From: a virus
Lineage: Duplodnaviria > Caudoviricetes
DNA: 46,939 nt
Direction: 5' to 3' (one strand)
IMG/VR virus record: IMGVR_UViG_3300033406_000010
Span: 1-46,939 of that record
The notes beneath the pieces were generated by a model, which did not search any database, was not told the DNA's origin, and saw only the letters and a program-made list of their open reading frames with translations. The translations under genes and the position numbers were made by a program. Below, piece after piece: positions 8,526 to 16,287 of this stretch (position 1 is its first letter; each line of letters starts with the position of its first letter).

Positions 8526-9072
8526 GTGACAACTGTCAGTGGGAACGCATGCGTGGCGAATCTGATGTCTACGACACCGAATGCGGCCACGCCTTCGAGA
8601 TCGATAACGGATATGGCGTTCGCAAGAACGGGTTCCAGTTCTGCCCCTACTGCGGGAAGCCCATCCGGCTCCGCGAAGCCCTGGAAGGGGGGAAGCTTTG
8701 AGCGAACACGTATACTGGCCCGCCAAGTGCCAAACATGCGGGTGGACCGGCATGAGCGATGAGATCGGCGGGGGACAACCTATCGCCGACACCGGTGACT
8801 ATTCCGAGCTGGTGTGCCCCAGGTGTGGCGAATGGGATCTCCAGGAAACCGATCACCTGAATCCCCGCCCCCTGGCCCCGAAGGCGACCGTGAGGCACTG
8901 GGATGGCTGCCTGATGTCCTGGGGGCTGTGGAAGCGCCGGAGTGCTATCGAATGGAGGGCTGCCCGGTCTATGGAGCGGTATTACCGCAGCATCGATAGG
9001 AAAGACCGCAAGGCTGAAGCCAAGCGCCGGGCCGCACTGATCCAGAAATACGGCGAAGCCCTGGAAGGGGGG
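8497..9072 (+). repeat. Three identical 20-bp gene-junction repeats
   Basis: GCGAAGCCCTGGAAGGGGGG at 8497-8516, 8673-8692 and 9053-9072. Confidence 0.9.
8522..8701 (+). CDS. 59-aa zinc-ribbon protein (not in the ORF track)
   Basis: MSDNCQWERM...TECGHAF...NGFQFCPYCGKPIRLREALEGGKL; coupled on both sides; similar to 12864-13133. Confidence 0.8.
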   Translation: MSDNCQWERMRGESDVYDTECGHAFEIDNGYGVRKNGFQFCPYCGKPIRLREALEGGKL

Positions 9073-9078
9073 AAGTGA
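8698..9078 (+). CDS. Zinc-ribbon protein (paralog of 10990-11364)
   Basis: CxxC...CPxC motifs. Confidence 0.8.
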   Translation: MSEHVYWPAKCQTCGWTGMSDEIGGGQPIADTGDYSELVCPRCGEWDLQETDHLNPRPLAPKATVRHWDGCLMSWGLWKRRSAIEWRAARSMERYYRSIDRKDRKAEAKRRAALIQKYGEALEGGK

Positions 9079-9707
9079 TGAAGCGCCAACTGACCGAGGA
9101 CGAGTTCCTCAAAGACGTAGCTCTGCACCGGATCACCATCGAGCATAACCAGGGCGTGTTCCGGCATATCAAACTCGCGAGGCCCAAGAGCTGCGCAATG
9201 AGCTTCTACCTGACCACATGGCCGGGACACCTTGCCATCTCTGGCGACATGGGCACTTTCGTATTCTCCAGGCTGGCGGACATGTTTGAGTTCTTCCGAA
9301 CCCAGCCTTGCAAGGACGAAAAGTTGCCCATCAACCCGAGCTACTGGGCTGAGAAATGCGAGGCTGAGGACAACCGAGGACAGGGCCTCAGGGAGTTTTG
9401 CGCGGATACCCTGTCACGGTATTGCCGCGAGGCGTTGGCCGAGCACTTCGATGACCCGGACAGCTTGGAGGCTCAGGAATGCTGGGCTGAGATCTACAAG
9501 CAGGTTTTATCCGCCGAGAGCGAACACGAGGCCCACATCGCCCTGCGTGACTTTGAACACGAAGGCTTTGAGTTCTGCGACTCGTGGGAATGGAACCTCA
9601 AGAACTACACCTGGAGGTTCACCTGGTGCTGCTACGCGATTGCCTGGGGCATCCAGCAATACGACATCGCCCGCGCCGCCCTGGCCCAGGAAGGCGGTGC
9701 TCAATGA
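9075..9707 (+). CDS. Conserved hypothetical phage protein
   Basis: Coupled 210-aa ORF, TWPGHLAISGDMG...WCCYAIAWGI. Confidence 0.8.
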   Translation: MMKRQLTEDEFLKDVALHRITIEHNQGVFRHIKLARPKSCAMSFYLTTWPGHLAISGDMGTFVFSRLADMFEFFRTQPCKDEKLPINPSYWAEKCEAEDNRGQGLREFCADTLSRYCREALAEHFDDPDSLEAQECWAEIYKQVLSAESEHEAHIALRDFEHEGFEFCDSWEWNLKNYTWRFTWCCYAIAWGIQQYDIARAALAQEGGAQ

Positions 9708-10375
9708 CACCGATCAACGACATCTGCGCCGCATGCAACTGCAACCTGTGGTGCGAAAAGACCTATCCAGACTGCATGGGACACCTCCCCAGCCAGGGCA
9801 ATCCGCAGGCCAATGCGGCCTCCCCTGGCACCGGAGGGATGGAGGGAGGGACACCGGGGGCCGAAGCGGCTGCCCAACGCCTCCCTGGGGCGGGGGGGGA
9901 ACTCCCCGCCGACGTGCTGGCTCTGGCGCTGGAGCGCTGGGGCACCCAGGCCCAGGTGCTGATGATGGTGGAGGAGGCCGCCGAGCTGGTGGTGGCCCTC
10001 CTGCACTACCGCCGGGGCCGCGCCACGGTCGAACAAGTGGCCGAAGAGATCGCCGACGTGTGGATTATGGCCCACCAGATGCGGATCGTGCTGAAGCCCT
10101 ACTGGGTGGACGATGAAGCGGAGAAGTTCATCCGGTCGAGGGGAATGATCTGGGTACCAACCCCATCCTTCCTGGAATCTGCTTGCGTCAGGATCCAGGT
10201 GTCCATGCTGAGCTTCCTTTCAACCGCCAACGTTAACGTTGAGCTGATCCGAAACCTGGCCATGGTCCTGGTGGCCTGCCAGACCGTCAAAGAACGCTTC
10301 GGCGCTGAACTGGTAGACCAGGCCGTAGAACGCAAGATCCGCCGCCTGGAGGCACGTCTGGGGGTGGCCTCATGA
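9704..10375 (+). CDS. MazG-like NTP pyrophosphohydrolase-domain protein
   Basis: EEAAEL...EEIADV acidic motifs. Confidence 0.65.
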   Translation: MTPINDICAACNCNLWCEKTYPDCMGHLPSQGNPQANAASPGTGGMEGGTPGAEAAAQRLPGAGGELPADVLALALERWGTQAQVLMMVEEAAELVVALLHYRRGRATVEQVAEEIADVWIMAHQMRIVLKPYWVDDEAEKFIRSRGMIWVPTPSFLESACVRIQVSMLSFLSTANVNVELIRNLAMVLVACQTVKERFGAELVDQAVERKIRRLEARLGVAS

Positions 10376-10515
10376 TCGAATACCTTGCCTTCTTCTGCCT
10401 GGGAACCCTCGCCTTCATGGCCGTTCTCAAAATGACCATCAAGGATGCGATCCGCGAAGCCTACGAAGAAATGGATGAGGAAGCGGCTGACGAGAAGATC
10501 GGGGGGACGGAATGA
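10372..10515 (+). CDS. 47-aa single-TM protein (not in the ORF track)
   Basis: MIEYLAFFCLGTLAFMAVLK...; ATGA overlaps at both ends. Confidence 0.6.
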   Translation: MIEYLAFFCLGTLAFMAVLKMTIKDAIREAYEEMDEEAADEKIGGTE

Positions 10516-10784
10516 AGGAACTCCGAAGCGTTACTGCCAACTACGCCATGGTTCTTAATCCTGAAGGGGAAGCCAAGACCGCCGTCGAAGTCGTTCTGCT
10601 GGTTTCCGAGCCCCGGTATTCCATCGACGGTGCCGGGACGCTGACCAGTGCCCGGAACCTGGAAGATCTGCGGTTCACCACCAGCCCCAAAGCCCTGCGC
10701 GACATGGCCGCGTCGATGTGCAAGATGGCCGATGAAGCCGACGAAGCGGCCCGCGCCGCGCTGGCGGGGGGTGAGAGGTGCTGA
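10512..10784 (+). CDS. Hypothetical protein
   Basis: Coupled ORF. Confidence 0.7.
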   Translation: MKELRSVTANYAMVLNPEGEAKTAVEVVLLVSEPRYSIDGAGTLTSARNLEDLRFTTSPKALRDMAASMCKMADEADEAARAALAGGERC

Positions 10785-10993
10785 ACGTATCGATCCCGAA
10801 GCCCTTCATCGCTGGATGCCTCACTTTCTGGGCAATCTCCAGCCTCCAGATGGACTATCTGGGCATGGAGGGCACCATCCGCGACATCGTGAACCACTGG
10901 GTTTCATGGCATTACACCGTGCCGCTGGCCCTGGTGGCTCTGTTCACGGCCAGGAAACTCTGCCGTGAAGCCGCCCAAGGAGGTGGAGCATGA
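10778..10993 (+). CDS. Small two-TM membrane protein
   Basis: Two hydrophobic segments; coupled. Confidence 0.55.
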   Translation: MLNVSIPKPFIAGCLTFWAISSLQMDYLGMEGTIRDIVNHWVSWHYTVPLALVALFTARKLCREAAQGGGA

Positions 10994-11364
10994 GCGAACC
11001 CGCTTACTGGCCTGCGAAGTGCTTCGATTGCGGGTGGACCGGCATGAGCGATGAACTGGGCGGATTTCAGCCCATTGCGGATACCGGCGATTACGACTCG
11101 CCATACTGCCCCAAGTGCCACGGGAGCGACATCGAGGATGCCGAACACCTGAACCCCCGACCCTTGACCCCCAAGGCCACCGTGCGCGACTGGCGCGGGT
11201 GCCTGGTGTCCTGGGGCCTGGGTAAGCGCAGGGCCGCCATTCTCATGAAGGAGGCCCGATCCATGGAGCGGTATTACCGCAGACTCGATCGTAAGGAACG
11301 CAAGGTCAGGGCTCTACGCCGCCCCAACTGCAGCGCGGCTCGATCCGAGGTGAAACATGGCTGA
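10990..11364 (+). CDS. Zinc-ribbon protein (paralog of 8698-9078)
   Basis: Shared YWPAKC..CGWTGMSDE.GG.QPIADTGDY. Confidence 0.8.
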   Translation: MSEPAYWPAKCFDCGWTGMSDELGGFQPIADTGDYDSPYCPKCHGSDIEDAEHLNPRPLTPKATVRDWRGCLVSWGLGKRRAAILMKEARSMERYYRRLDRKERKVRALRRPNCSAARSEVKHG

Positions 11365-12445
11365 GAACTCGAAAATTGAGTGGTGCCACCACACCGTAAA
11401 CTTCTGGTGGGGGTGCGCGAAGGTTTCCCCCGGGTGCGAGCACTGCTATGCCGAGGGCCAGGCGGGCCGCTTCTATCCCGGGATCTGGGGCCCCGAGGCT
11501 GCGCGCCATGTCCGGATCGAGGCCGCCTGCTGGGAAGCGATGCGCTATGACCGCCAGGCCGTGAAGCAAGGCCGCCGCTTCAGGGTCTTCACGAACTCCA
11601 TGTCGGATTTCTTCGAGGATCGTGTCGCCCTCACGTTGGCCCGCCTTGAAGCCCTGGATGTGATGCGCCTGACTCCCCATCTGGATTGGCTGATCCTCAC
11701 GAAGCGCCCGGGGAACATCCTTTCGGCCTTGCGCGATGTTCTCGTGCCCTCGTACCGACAGGAACGCTATGACCTCAATGGCTGGCTGGAAGAGTGGCTG
11801 GCGGGCAACCCCCCGGCCAATATCTGGCTCGGAACGACTGTTGAGGACCAGGAGCGGGCAGACCAGCGAATCCCGGAGCTGCTGCAGGTACCCGCCGCCG
11901 TGCGGTTCTTGTCTTGCGAACCGTTGTTGGGGGCGGTGGATCTGCGTCACCTCGTGCTGAAGCCCACGGACCACCCCGAATTGGGCAAACCCGATGTTTC
12001 AGTGGACGCCATGAATGGCTGGTATGGAGGCGCGGATGAGGGCCGTTCCTGTATCGACTGGGTAATCTGCGGCGGTGAGTCCGGCCCCAAGGCTCGCCCC
12101 ATGCACCCGGATTGGGCACGAGGCCTGCGGGACCAGTGCGCGGAAGCGGGGGTGCCGTTCCTGCTGAAGCAGCTCGGAGAGTGGGGCCCCAGTGCCGAGG
12201 ACCTGGCCACCGGAGAGCCCAGATACCGCGTGTTCCGTGATGCGGACCACTGGTGGAACAAAGGCCAGAGTTGGATGAGCCTGGGCGACATCCTTCTGGA
12301 TGCCGAGGGGATGCACTGCCATTCATCTGGCCATATCCAGAAAGGTGTCCCGCCGTTCACCGCGCTTCGCCAAGTCGGCAAGAAGGCTGCCGGGCGCCTG
12401 CTGGATGGGCGGCTGCATGACGAATATCCCCGGTCGGGAGAGTGA
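11357..12445 (+). CDS. DUF5131 / phage Gp37-Gp68 family protein
   Basis: SKIEW...GCAKVSPGCEHCYA, NSMSDFF, LTKRP, FLSCEPLL, DWVICGGESG. Confidence 0.92.
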   Translation: MAENSKIEWCHHTVNFWWGCAKVSPGCEHCYAEGQAGRFYPGIWGPEAARHVRIEAACWEAMRYDRQAVKQGRRFRVFTNSMSDFFEDRVALTLARLEALDVMRLTPHLDWLILTKRPGNILSALRDVLVPSYRQERYDLNGWLEEWLAGNPPANIWLGTTVEDQERADQRIPELLQVPAAVRFLSCEPLLGAVDLRHLVLKPTDHPELGKPDVSVDAMNGWYGGADEGRSCIDWVICGGESGPKARPMHPDWARGLRDQCAEAGVPFLLKQLGEWGPSAEDLATGEPRYRVFRDADHWWNKGQSWMSLGDILLDAEGMHCHSSGHIQKGVPPFTALRQVGKKAAGRLLDGRLHDEYPRSGE

Positions 12446-12702
12446 CCATGCCCAACCCAATCCAGATTGCCGCCAAGCTCTACGACAACCGGGACACCCT
12501 GAAGGAATTCTACGGGCCGTCCTTCCCCACGATCATCAAGCCCTTTCAGGACCACCTTCAGAACTTCGCAACCTGGCACCAGGTCGGCGTCCTCGATGCG
12601 GCCCTGGCCTTGGCCAAAGACCTGGAGAAAGGCGGGCACGGTCGGTCTGTCCCAGTCCTGCTCGCCGCCGCTGTCGAACTTGTTGAGCCATCAGGCAAAT
12701 AG
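12442..12702 (+). CDS. Hypothetical protein
   Basis: Coupled ORF. Confidence 0.7.
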   Translation: MTMPNPIQIAAKLYDNRDTLKEFYGPSFPTIIKPFQDHLQNFATWHQVGVLDAALALAKDLEKGGHGRSVPVLLAAAVELVEPSGK

Positions 12703-12718
12703 TCCTCGCGGAGGTTTC

Positions 12719-12838
12719 TTGAACGATTTTGAAATCATCACGGGCGATGCCCTTGCCGTTCTCCGGACAATGCCGGAGGCCTCCGTGGATTCCGTGCCAG
12801 GCCCGGCCCTCTTCAACCGTGATCAGGCGACGGCCTGA
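12719..12838 (+). pseudogene. Internally deleted DNA N6/N4-methyltransferase remnant
   Basis: GGAGG RBS plus TTG; IITGDALAVLRTMPEASVDSV is a typical beta-class MTase start but breaks off just before the expected DPPY. Confidence 0.65.
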
Positions 12839-12863
12839 GTGCCGTTGTCTGAAAGGAAACGAA

Positions 12864-13133
12864 ATGCAAGGGAACAACGAAGCACATGCAATCACAGCAG
12901 TAGAGCAAGACATCCTGAATCGTTTACCTGAACCGAAGCATTTCCCACCGATGCCAGCGGTTAAGCCGAACAAGTGTGCCTGGACCAAGGACGAAGATGG
13001 CATCTACACTGCGGCCTGCCATCGGGCTTTGAAAGAGGTAAATTCATTCATTTTCACCTCAGGCGGCCCGGTGGAAAACCGCTTCACCTTCTGCCCCTAC
13101 TGCGGGCGGCCCATTAAAACTAGAGCGGCCTAA
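12864..13133 (+). CDS. Zinc-ribbon protein (FCPYCG)
   Basis: AAGGA RBS; its TAA stop lies within the outer box of the attC site. Confidence 0.75.
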   Translation: MQGNNEAHAITAVEQDILNRLPEPKHFPPMPAVKPNKCAWTKDEDGIYTAACHRALKEVNSFIFTSGGPVENRFTFCPYCGRPIKTRAA

Positions 13134-13184
13134 CGCGAGGAGTTGAGCCGCGCCGCAGGCGTCGGCTCGAACGAACAGTTAGAC
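13128..13184 (-). other. Integron attC recombination site (57 bp, aadA-like)
   Basis: Minus strand: GTCTAAC-TGTTC-GTTCGAGCC-GACGCCTGCGGCGC-GGCTCAAC-TCCTCGC-GTTAGGC, i.e. R'' (RYYYAAC), L'' with the extra base, L', R' (GTTRRRY). Confidence 0.85.
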
Positions 13185-13215
13185 CGCGAACAACGGAATA
13201 ATAAAAGGAGAAAAA

Positions 13216-13647
13216 ATGAGTATCGCCTTTTCACATAACGATGAGGAATACCGGGATGAAGGAGACGAGACCCGAGAAGGAGCAGTTCTCCGCTGCATAG
13301 ATGAGGACAACCTGGAAGTCGGTTCTCACGTTTGGACTGCGATTCCCAAGCCCACCGACCCGAAACGATTTCTTCCAGGCGTAGAACGCCTCTTGGAGGG
13401 GATCAGCGAACGAGCCTACGATGAGTGCGGCGAATGCGCTGAGAGCTGGCTCGAGAACCTGCCAAAGGAGAAGCTCCAGGACCTCGAAGAAACGCTTCAC
13501 GGCGCAATACTGGCATGGATGGAGCGCAACAACGAACTGCCGTACTTCTGGAACGTGGAGCAGGTTCAGAAGCACGAGGTCACCCCGGAACTTATTGCGC
13601 AAGCTACTGGCGAGCCCGTGGAGCTGGTCCGCTATCGAGCGGTCTAA
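13216..13647 (+). CDS. Acidic hypothetical protein inside the attC-bounded cassette
   Basis: AAGGAG RBS; stop lies within GTCTAAC. Confidence 0.8.
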   Translation: MSIAFSHNDEEYRDEGDETREGAVLRCIDEDNLEVGSHVWTAIPKPTDPKRFLPGVERLLEGISERAYDECGECAESWLENLPKEKLQDLEETLHGAILAWMERNNELPYFWNVEQVQKHEVTPELIAQATGEPVELVRYRAV

Positions 13648-13747
13648 CTGGTTTTTAGGCGTACTCCCTTTGAAGGCAAACGCGAACCGCTGATGCTGCA
13701 AGTCCTGAAATACCAGCATCGGCGGTACGCCTAAACGGGTAATGGAC
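13642..13747 (-). other. Degenerate attC-like hairpin
   Basis: GTCTAAC box, TTTAGGCGTAC/GTACGCCTAAA arms (13654-13664, 13725-13735), inner CCGCTGATGCTG/CAGCATCGGCGG stem; far box reads GTAATGG rather than GTTRRRY. Confidence 0.5.
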
Positions 13748-13820
13748 GGCGGATAGCAAGCCGGTTGGCTCAGAAAGGAAACTCCATGCAAGAGACCATG
13801 AATTTTGGAATAGGCCGCAT

Positions 13821-14174
13821 CTAGTCAAACAACCCTGGCGGCACCGGCCCCTCTACTTGGAGGGGCCTTTCCTTTTTGGCTTTCGGGCGAATCACCAACA
13901 AGTCTTCCTCGGGATAGACCAGCGCTTCCCAGTGCCGGGCGTGGCACCACCCGAGTAGCAGGGCCTCTGGGTCTGTCCAGCCTCGGTTATTCCAATCTTC
14001 GCGGGTTCGCATCCCTGGGTTCTCCAGCGCGGATGAGGCCGCCCCGAGCGCGGCGCGCAGACTCCCGCGCCAGGCCCGCCAAGGTAAGGTGGCTCTCCAT
14101 TCCGCGTTGATCCGCTCCCAGGGGTTGGCTGGTAGGCCTCGGTGATGTCGGCGGGTGAAGCGGTAGCTCTCCAT
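13821..14174 (-). CDS. Hypothetical protein, predicted leaderless and SOS-controlled
   Basis: ATG 5 nt after a -10 hexamer; no Shine-Dalgarno. Confidence 0.7.
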   Translation of the reverse strand: MESYRFTRRHHRGLPANPWERINAEWRATLPWRAWRGSLRAALGAASSALENPGMRTREDWNNRGWTDPEALLLGWCHARHWEALVYPEEDLLVIRPKAKKERPLQVEGPVPPGLFD

Positions 14175-14179
14175 ATCTC

Positions 14180-14208
14180 AATATACGAACAAAAGACGAA
14201 ACAGGCAA
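14180..14208 (-). promoter_or_regulatory. Sigma70 promoter with a LexA-like box in the spacer
   Basis: TTGCCT-17-TATATT; spacer contains TTTC-N7-GTTC (one mismatch to GTTC-N7-GTTC). Confidence 0.6.
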
Positions 14209-14242
14209 TGGAATGGCGGATCACCCCTCGCCTTCAAGTTCG

Positions 14243-14281
14243 CCCAGTTGCAGGAGAGGGATAACTTCCCCTGCAACTGGG
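14243..14281 (-). terminator. Terminator-like hairpin after the moron gene
   Basis: 12-bp arms CCCAGTTGCAGG / CCTGCAACTGGG. Confidence 0.6.
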
Positions 14282-14293
14282 TAAGCAAGCGGC

Positions 14294-14626
14294 CTAAAGA
14301 AGATCAAATAGGGTTTGGCCTTCCTCTTCTCTGATGAGGTTGAAACATTGGTTCACGCCTCCAGATAGAACGCACTCTCCGTCCTTCTGGCGAATTTCAA
14401 CCTGTGTGCAGGATGAAAGGTCTCCTTTGTGCGCTCCAGCCCATATCAATTGGGTTGGGTGATTCCCCACGGACATTCTCCCATCTATGCTCATTTGGAT
14501 TGTTGGCCCATCGTCTTGAATTTTGATGGTTTGGTCATGACAGGTGATGCACCAGTTCTGGCCTTTCCCCCAAGATTCGTTTTTTAGGATTACGGTTGCA
14601 TTATTTAACAGCATTGGTGTCTCCAT
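14294..14626 (-). CDS. Low-GC moron, hypothetical protein
   Basis: AT-rich, own promoter and terminator, opposite to the operon. Confidence 0.65.
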   Translation of the reverse strand: METPMLLNNATVILKNESWGKGQNWCITCHDQTIKIQDDGPTIQMSIDGRMSVGNHPTQLIWAGAHKGDLSSCTQVEIRQKDGECVLSGGVNQCFNLIREEEGQTLFDLL

Positions 14627-14680
14627 AGAAAATGGCAGTATTTGTTAGATTTTTGTACACCCTTTAGGATCCTCGATTTA

Positions 14681-14709
14681 AATGTAATGCCGGTCTGTAA
14701 CGATGTCAA
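14681..14709 (-). promoter_or_regulatory. Strong sigma70 promoter of the moron
   Basis: TTGACA-17-TACATT. Confidence 0.65.
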
Positions 14710-14832
14710 GTGCGTAAATGCTGGTATGATAAAGTTTGCACAGTGTAAAGTTTTAATGGCTTAACTATTTGATGATGCTGGTGATTAAGGGTTTGGTGAG
14801 CTGAGCCTCCGGTTGCCTGGAAGTCTGCTCAA

Positions 14833-14881
14833 CTTCCCCAAACCCTTTGGGCAAAAGCCCACCTGACCTGGGAACCACACT
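14833..14881 (+). promoter_or_regulatory. Activator-type promoter, copy 1 (second recombinase)
   Basis: CTTCCCCAAACCCTTTGGGCAAA, 20 bp, CACACT. Confidence 0.6.
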
Positions 14882-14910
14882 GATTCCACGCGCTTTCATG
14901 GGGTGGAATC

Positions 14911-15924
14911 ATGGTTCCCACGTTGTTCAAGATCGGTCATATCTGGCATTACCGCTTTCAGGTGGGGGGGCATCGGGTGCAGCGCTCCACACGGGAGCGG
15001 GATGCGAAGCGGGCGCAGCGGGTGGCGGAGCAGGCCGCCCGGGATGCTCGGACCCGATGGGCCGGGGAGCTGCCGACGCCGACACTTGCAGGGGCGCTGG
15101 ATGACTGGCTGAGGTTGCAGCGCAATCGGAAGAGCCCGGCCTACATCCGGAGCATGGAGATCTTTCGGGAGCGCCATCTTTACCAGCTGCGCCGCCTGCG
15201 GGTGGACCGGCTGACCACGGACAAGGTGGAGGAAGCCCTGGCGGAGCATCTGAAGACGCACTGCCGGGCATCTGGGAATCACTGGCTGAGGAACCTGAAG
15301 GCGGTTTGCAAGTGGTGCATTGACCGGCGGGCCCTGGGGGAGATGCCCTGGAAGATCAAGATGGAGCGCACCCAACAGAAGCCCAAGGCCACGGTGCCGC
15401 CCATGAAGCTCCAGCGATGGCTGGAGGCACTGGACCAGGTGACGCCGGATCCGCAGATCCGCATGGCCTGCCGCCTGATGGTGTTCCTGGGCCTGCGGGA
15501 AATGGAAGCGCTGGGGGCCCGCTGGGAATGGCTGGATCTGGAGCGGGGCACGTACACGCCTTGCCTCACGAAGGGCAAGGAGGCCTGGCCCATCCCCATC
15601 CTGCTGGTGCGGGAGGTGCTGGAGCCCATCGCCAAGACTCAGGGCTGGATGTTCCCGGCCCGGGATGGGCGCCCCCATGCCCATGGGTTTACCTGGAAGG
15701 CCATGCAGGCCGCCAATGCGCTGGCAGGGGTCCCTGGAATCACCCCGCACCGCCTGCGGGGCACCTTTGCCACGCTCCTGGCCCAGAAGGGCCTGAACAT
15801 CAAGGAAATCCAGCGGGCCTGCCGCCACAAGGACCCCAGAACCACCTGGCTCTATCTCGGCGAGAACCTGAGCATCATCGAAGGCGGCCTGGGGCAAATT
15901 GGCCAGGATCTGAAGGGGGTATAG
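14911..15924 (+). CDS. Second tyrosine recombinase, paralogous to the integrase
   Basis: GLREME (R), TKG (K), HRLR, CRH, WLY; shares ARWEW(L/I)D and PG(I/L)TPH with 156-1304. Confidence 0.93.
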   Translation: MVPTLFKIGHIWHYRFQVGGHRVQRSTRERDAKRAQRVAEQAARDARTRWAGELPTPTLAGALDDWLRLQRNRKSPAYIRSMEIFRERHLYQLRRLRVDRLTTDKVEEALAEHLKTHCRASGNHWLRNLKAVCKWCIDRRALGEMPWKIKMERTQQKPKATVPPMKLQRWLEALDQVTPDPQIRMACRLMVFLGLREMEALGARWEWLDLERGTYTPCLTKGKEAWPIPILLVREVLEPIAKTQGWMFPARDGRPHAHGFTWKAMQAANALAGVPGITPHRLRGTFATLLAQKGLNIKEIQRACRHKDPRTTWLYLGENLSIIEGGLGQIGQDLKGV

Positions 15925-15954
15925 GACCCTGGAACTATCCGTGGGTGTAACCCC

Positions 15955-16287
15955 TCACTTGTGTGTGCGCAAGCATGGATGCAGCTTGGTCGGCCAAGAT
16001 CGGGTGTGCAGGAACCACCGCGCCTTCCCCAGTAAACCAAGACGGTTCCGCCGAGCCGTCCATGCGGATTGAATTGATGCTTGGAAGATAGGGTCATTTC
16101 CTAAGGCTTTGAATGCCTCTGATGTCGCCCGGAATGTTGCGGCTGCCGCTTCCATTGAAGTGCTAAAGCTGTTTATCGCCTGTTGGGCAGACTTGAACGC
16201 TTCTTCCAGGTCTTCATATCTATTTGTACGGGCCCACTCCGTCGGTGTTTGAGGGAGAGATAGGGGCTCTGCGCTTTCGCTCGTCAT
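15955..16287 (-). CDS. Hypothetical protein
   Basis: GGAG RBS before the ATG at 16287; lower GC. Confidence 0.5.
   Translation of the reverse strand: MTSESAEPLSLPQTPTEWARTNRYEDLEEAFKSAQQAINSFSTSMEAAAATFRATSEAFKALGNDPIFQASIQSAWTARRNRLGLLGKARWFLHTRSWPTKLHPCLRTHK

Noticed and set aside
8497-9072. CRISPR array
   Set aside because: Repeat spacing is 176 and 380 bp, the spacers are coding genes, and there are no cas genes
14911-15924. Second recombinase as the IntI for the nearby attC
   Set aside because: It resembles the phage integrase (arm-binding-type N-terminus); I see no IntI-specific insertion and no attI. An HMM test would settle it
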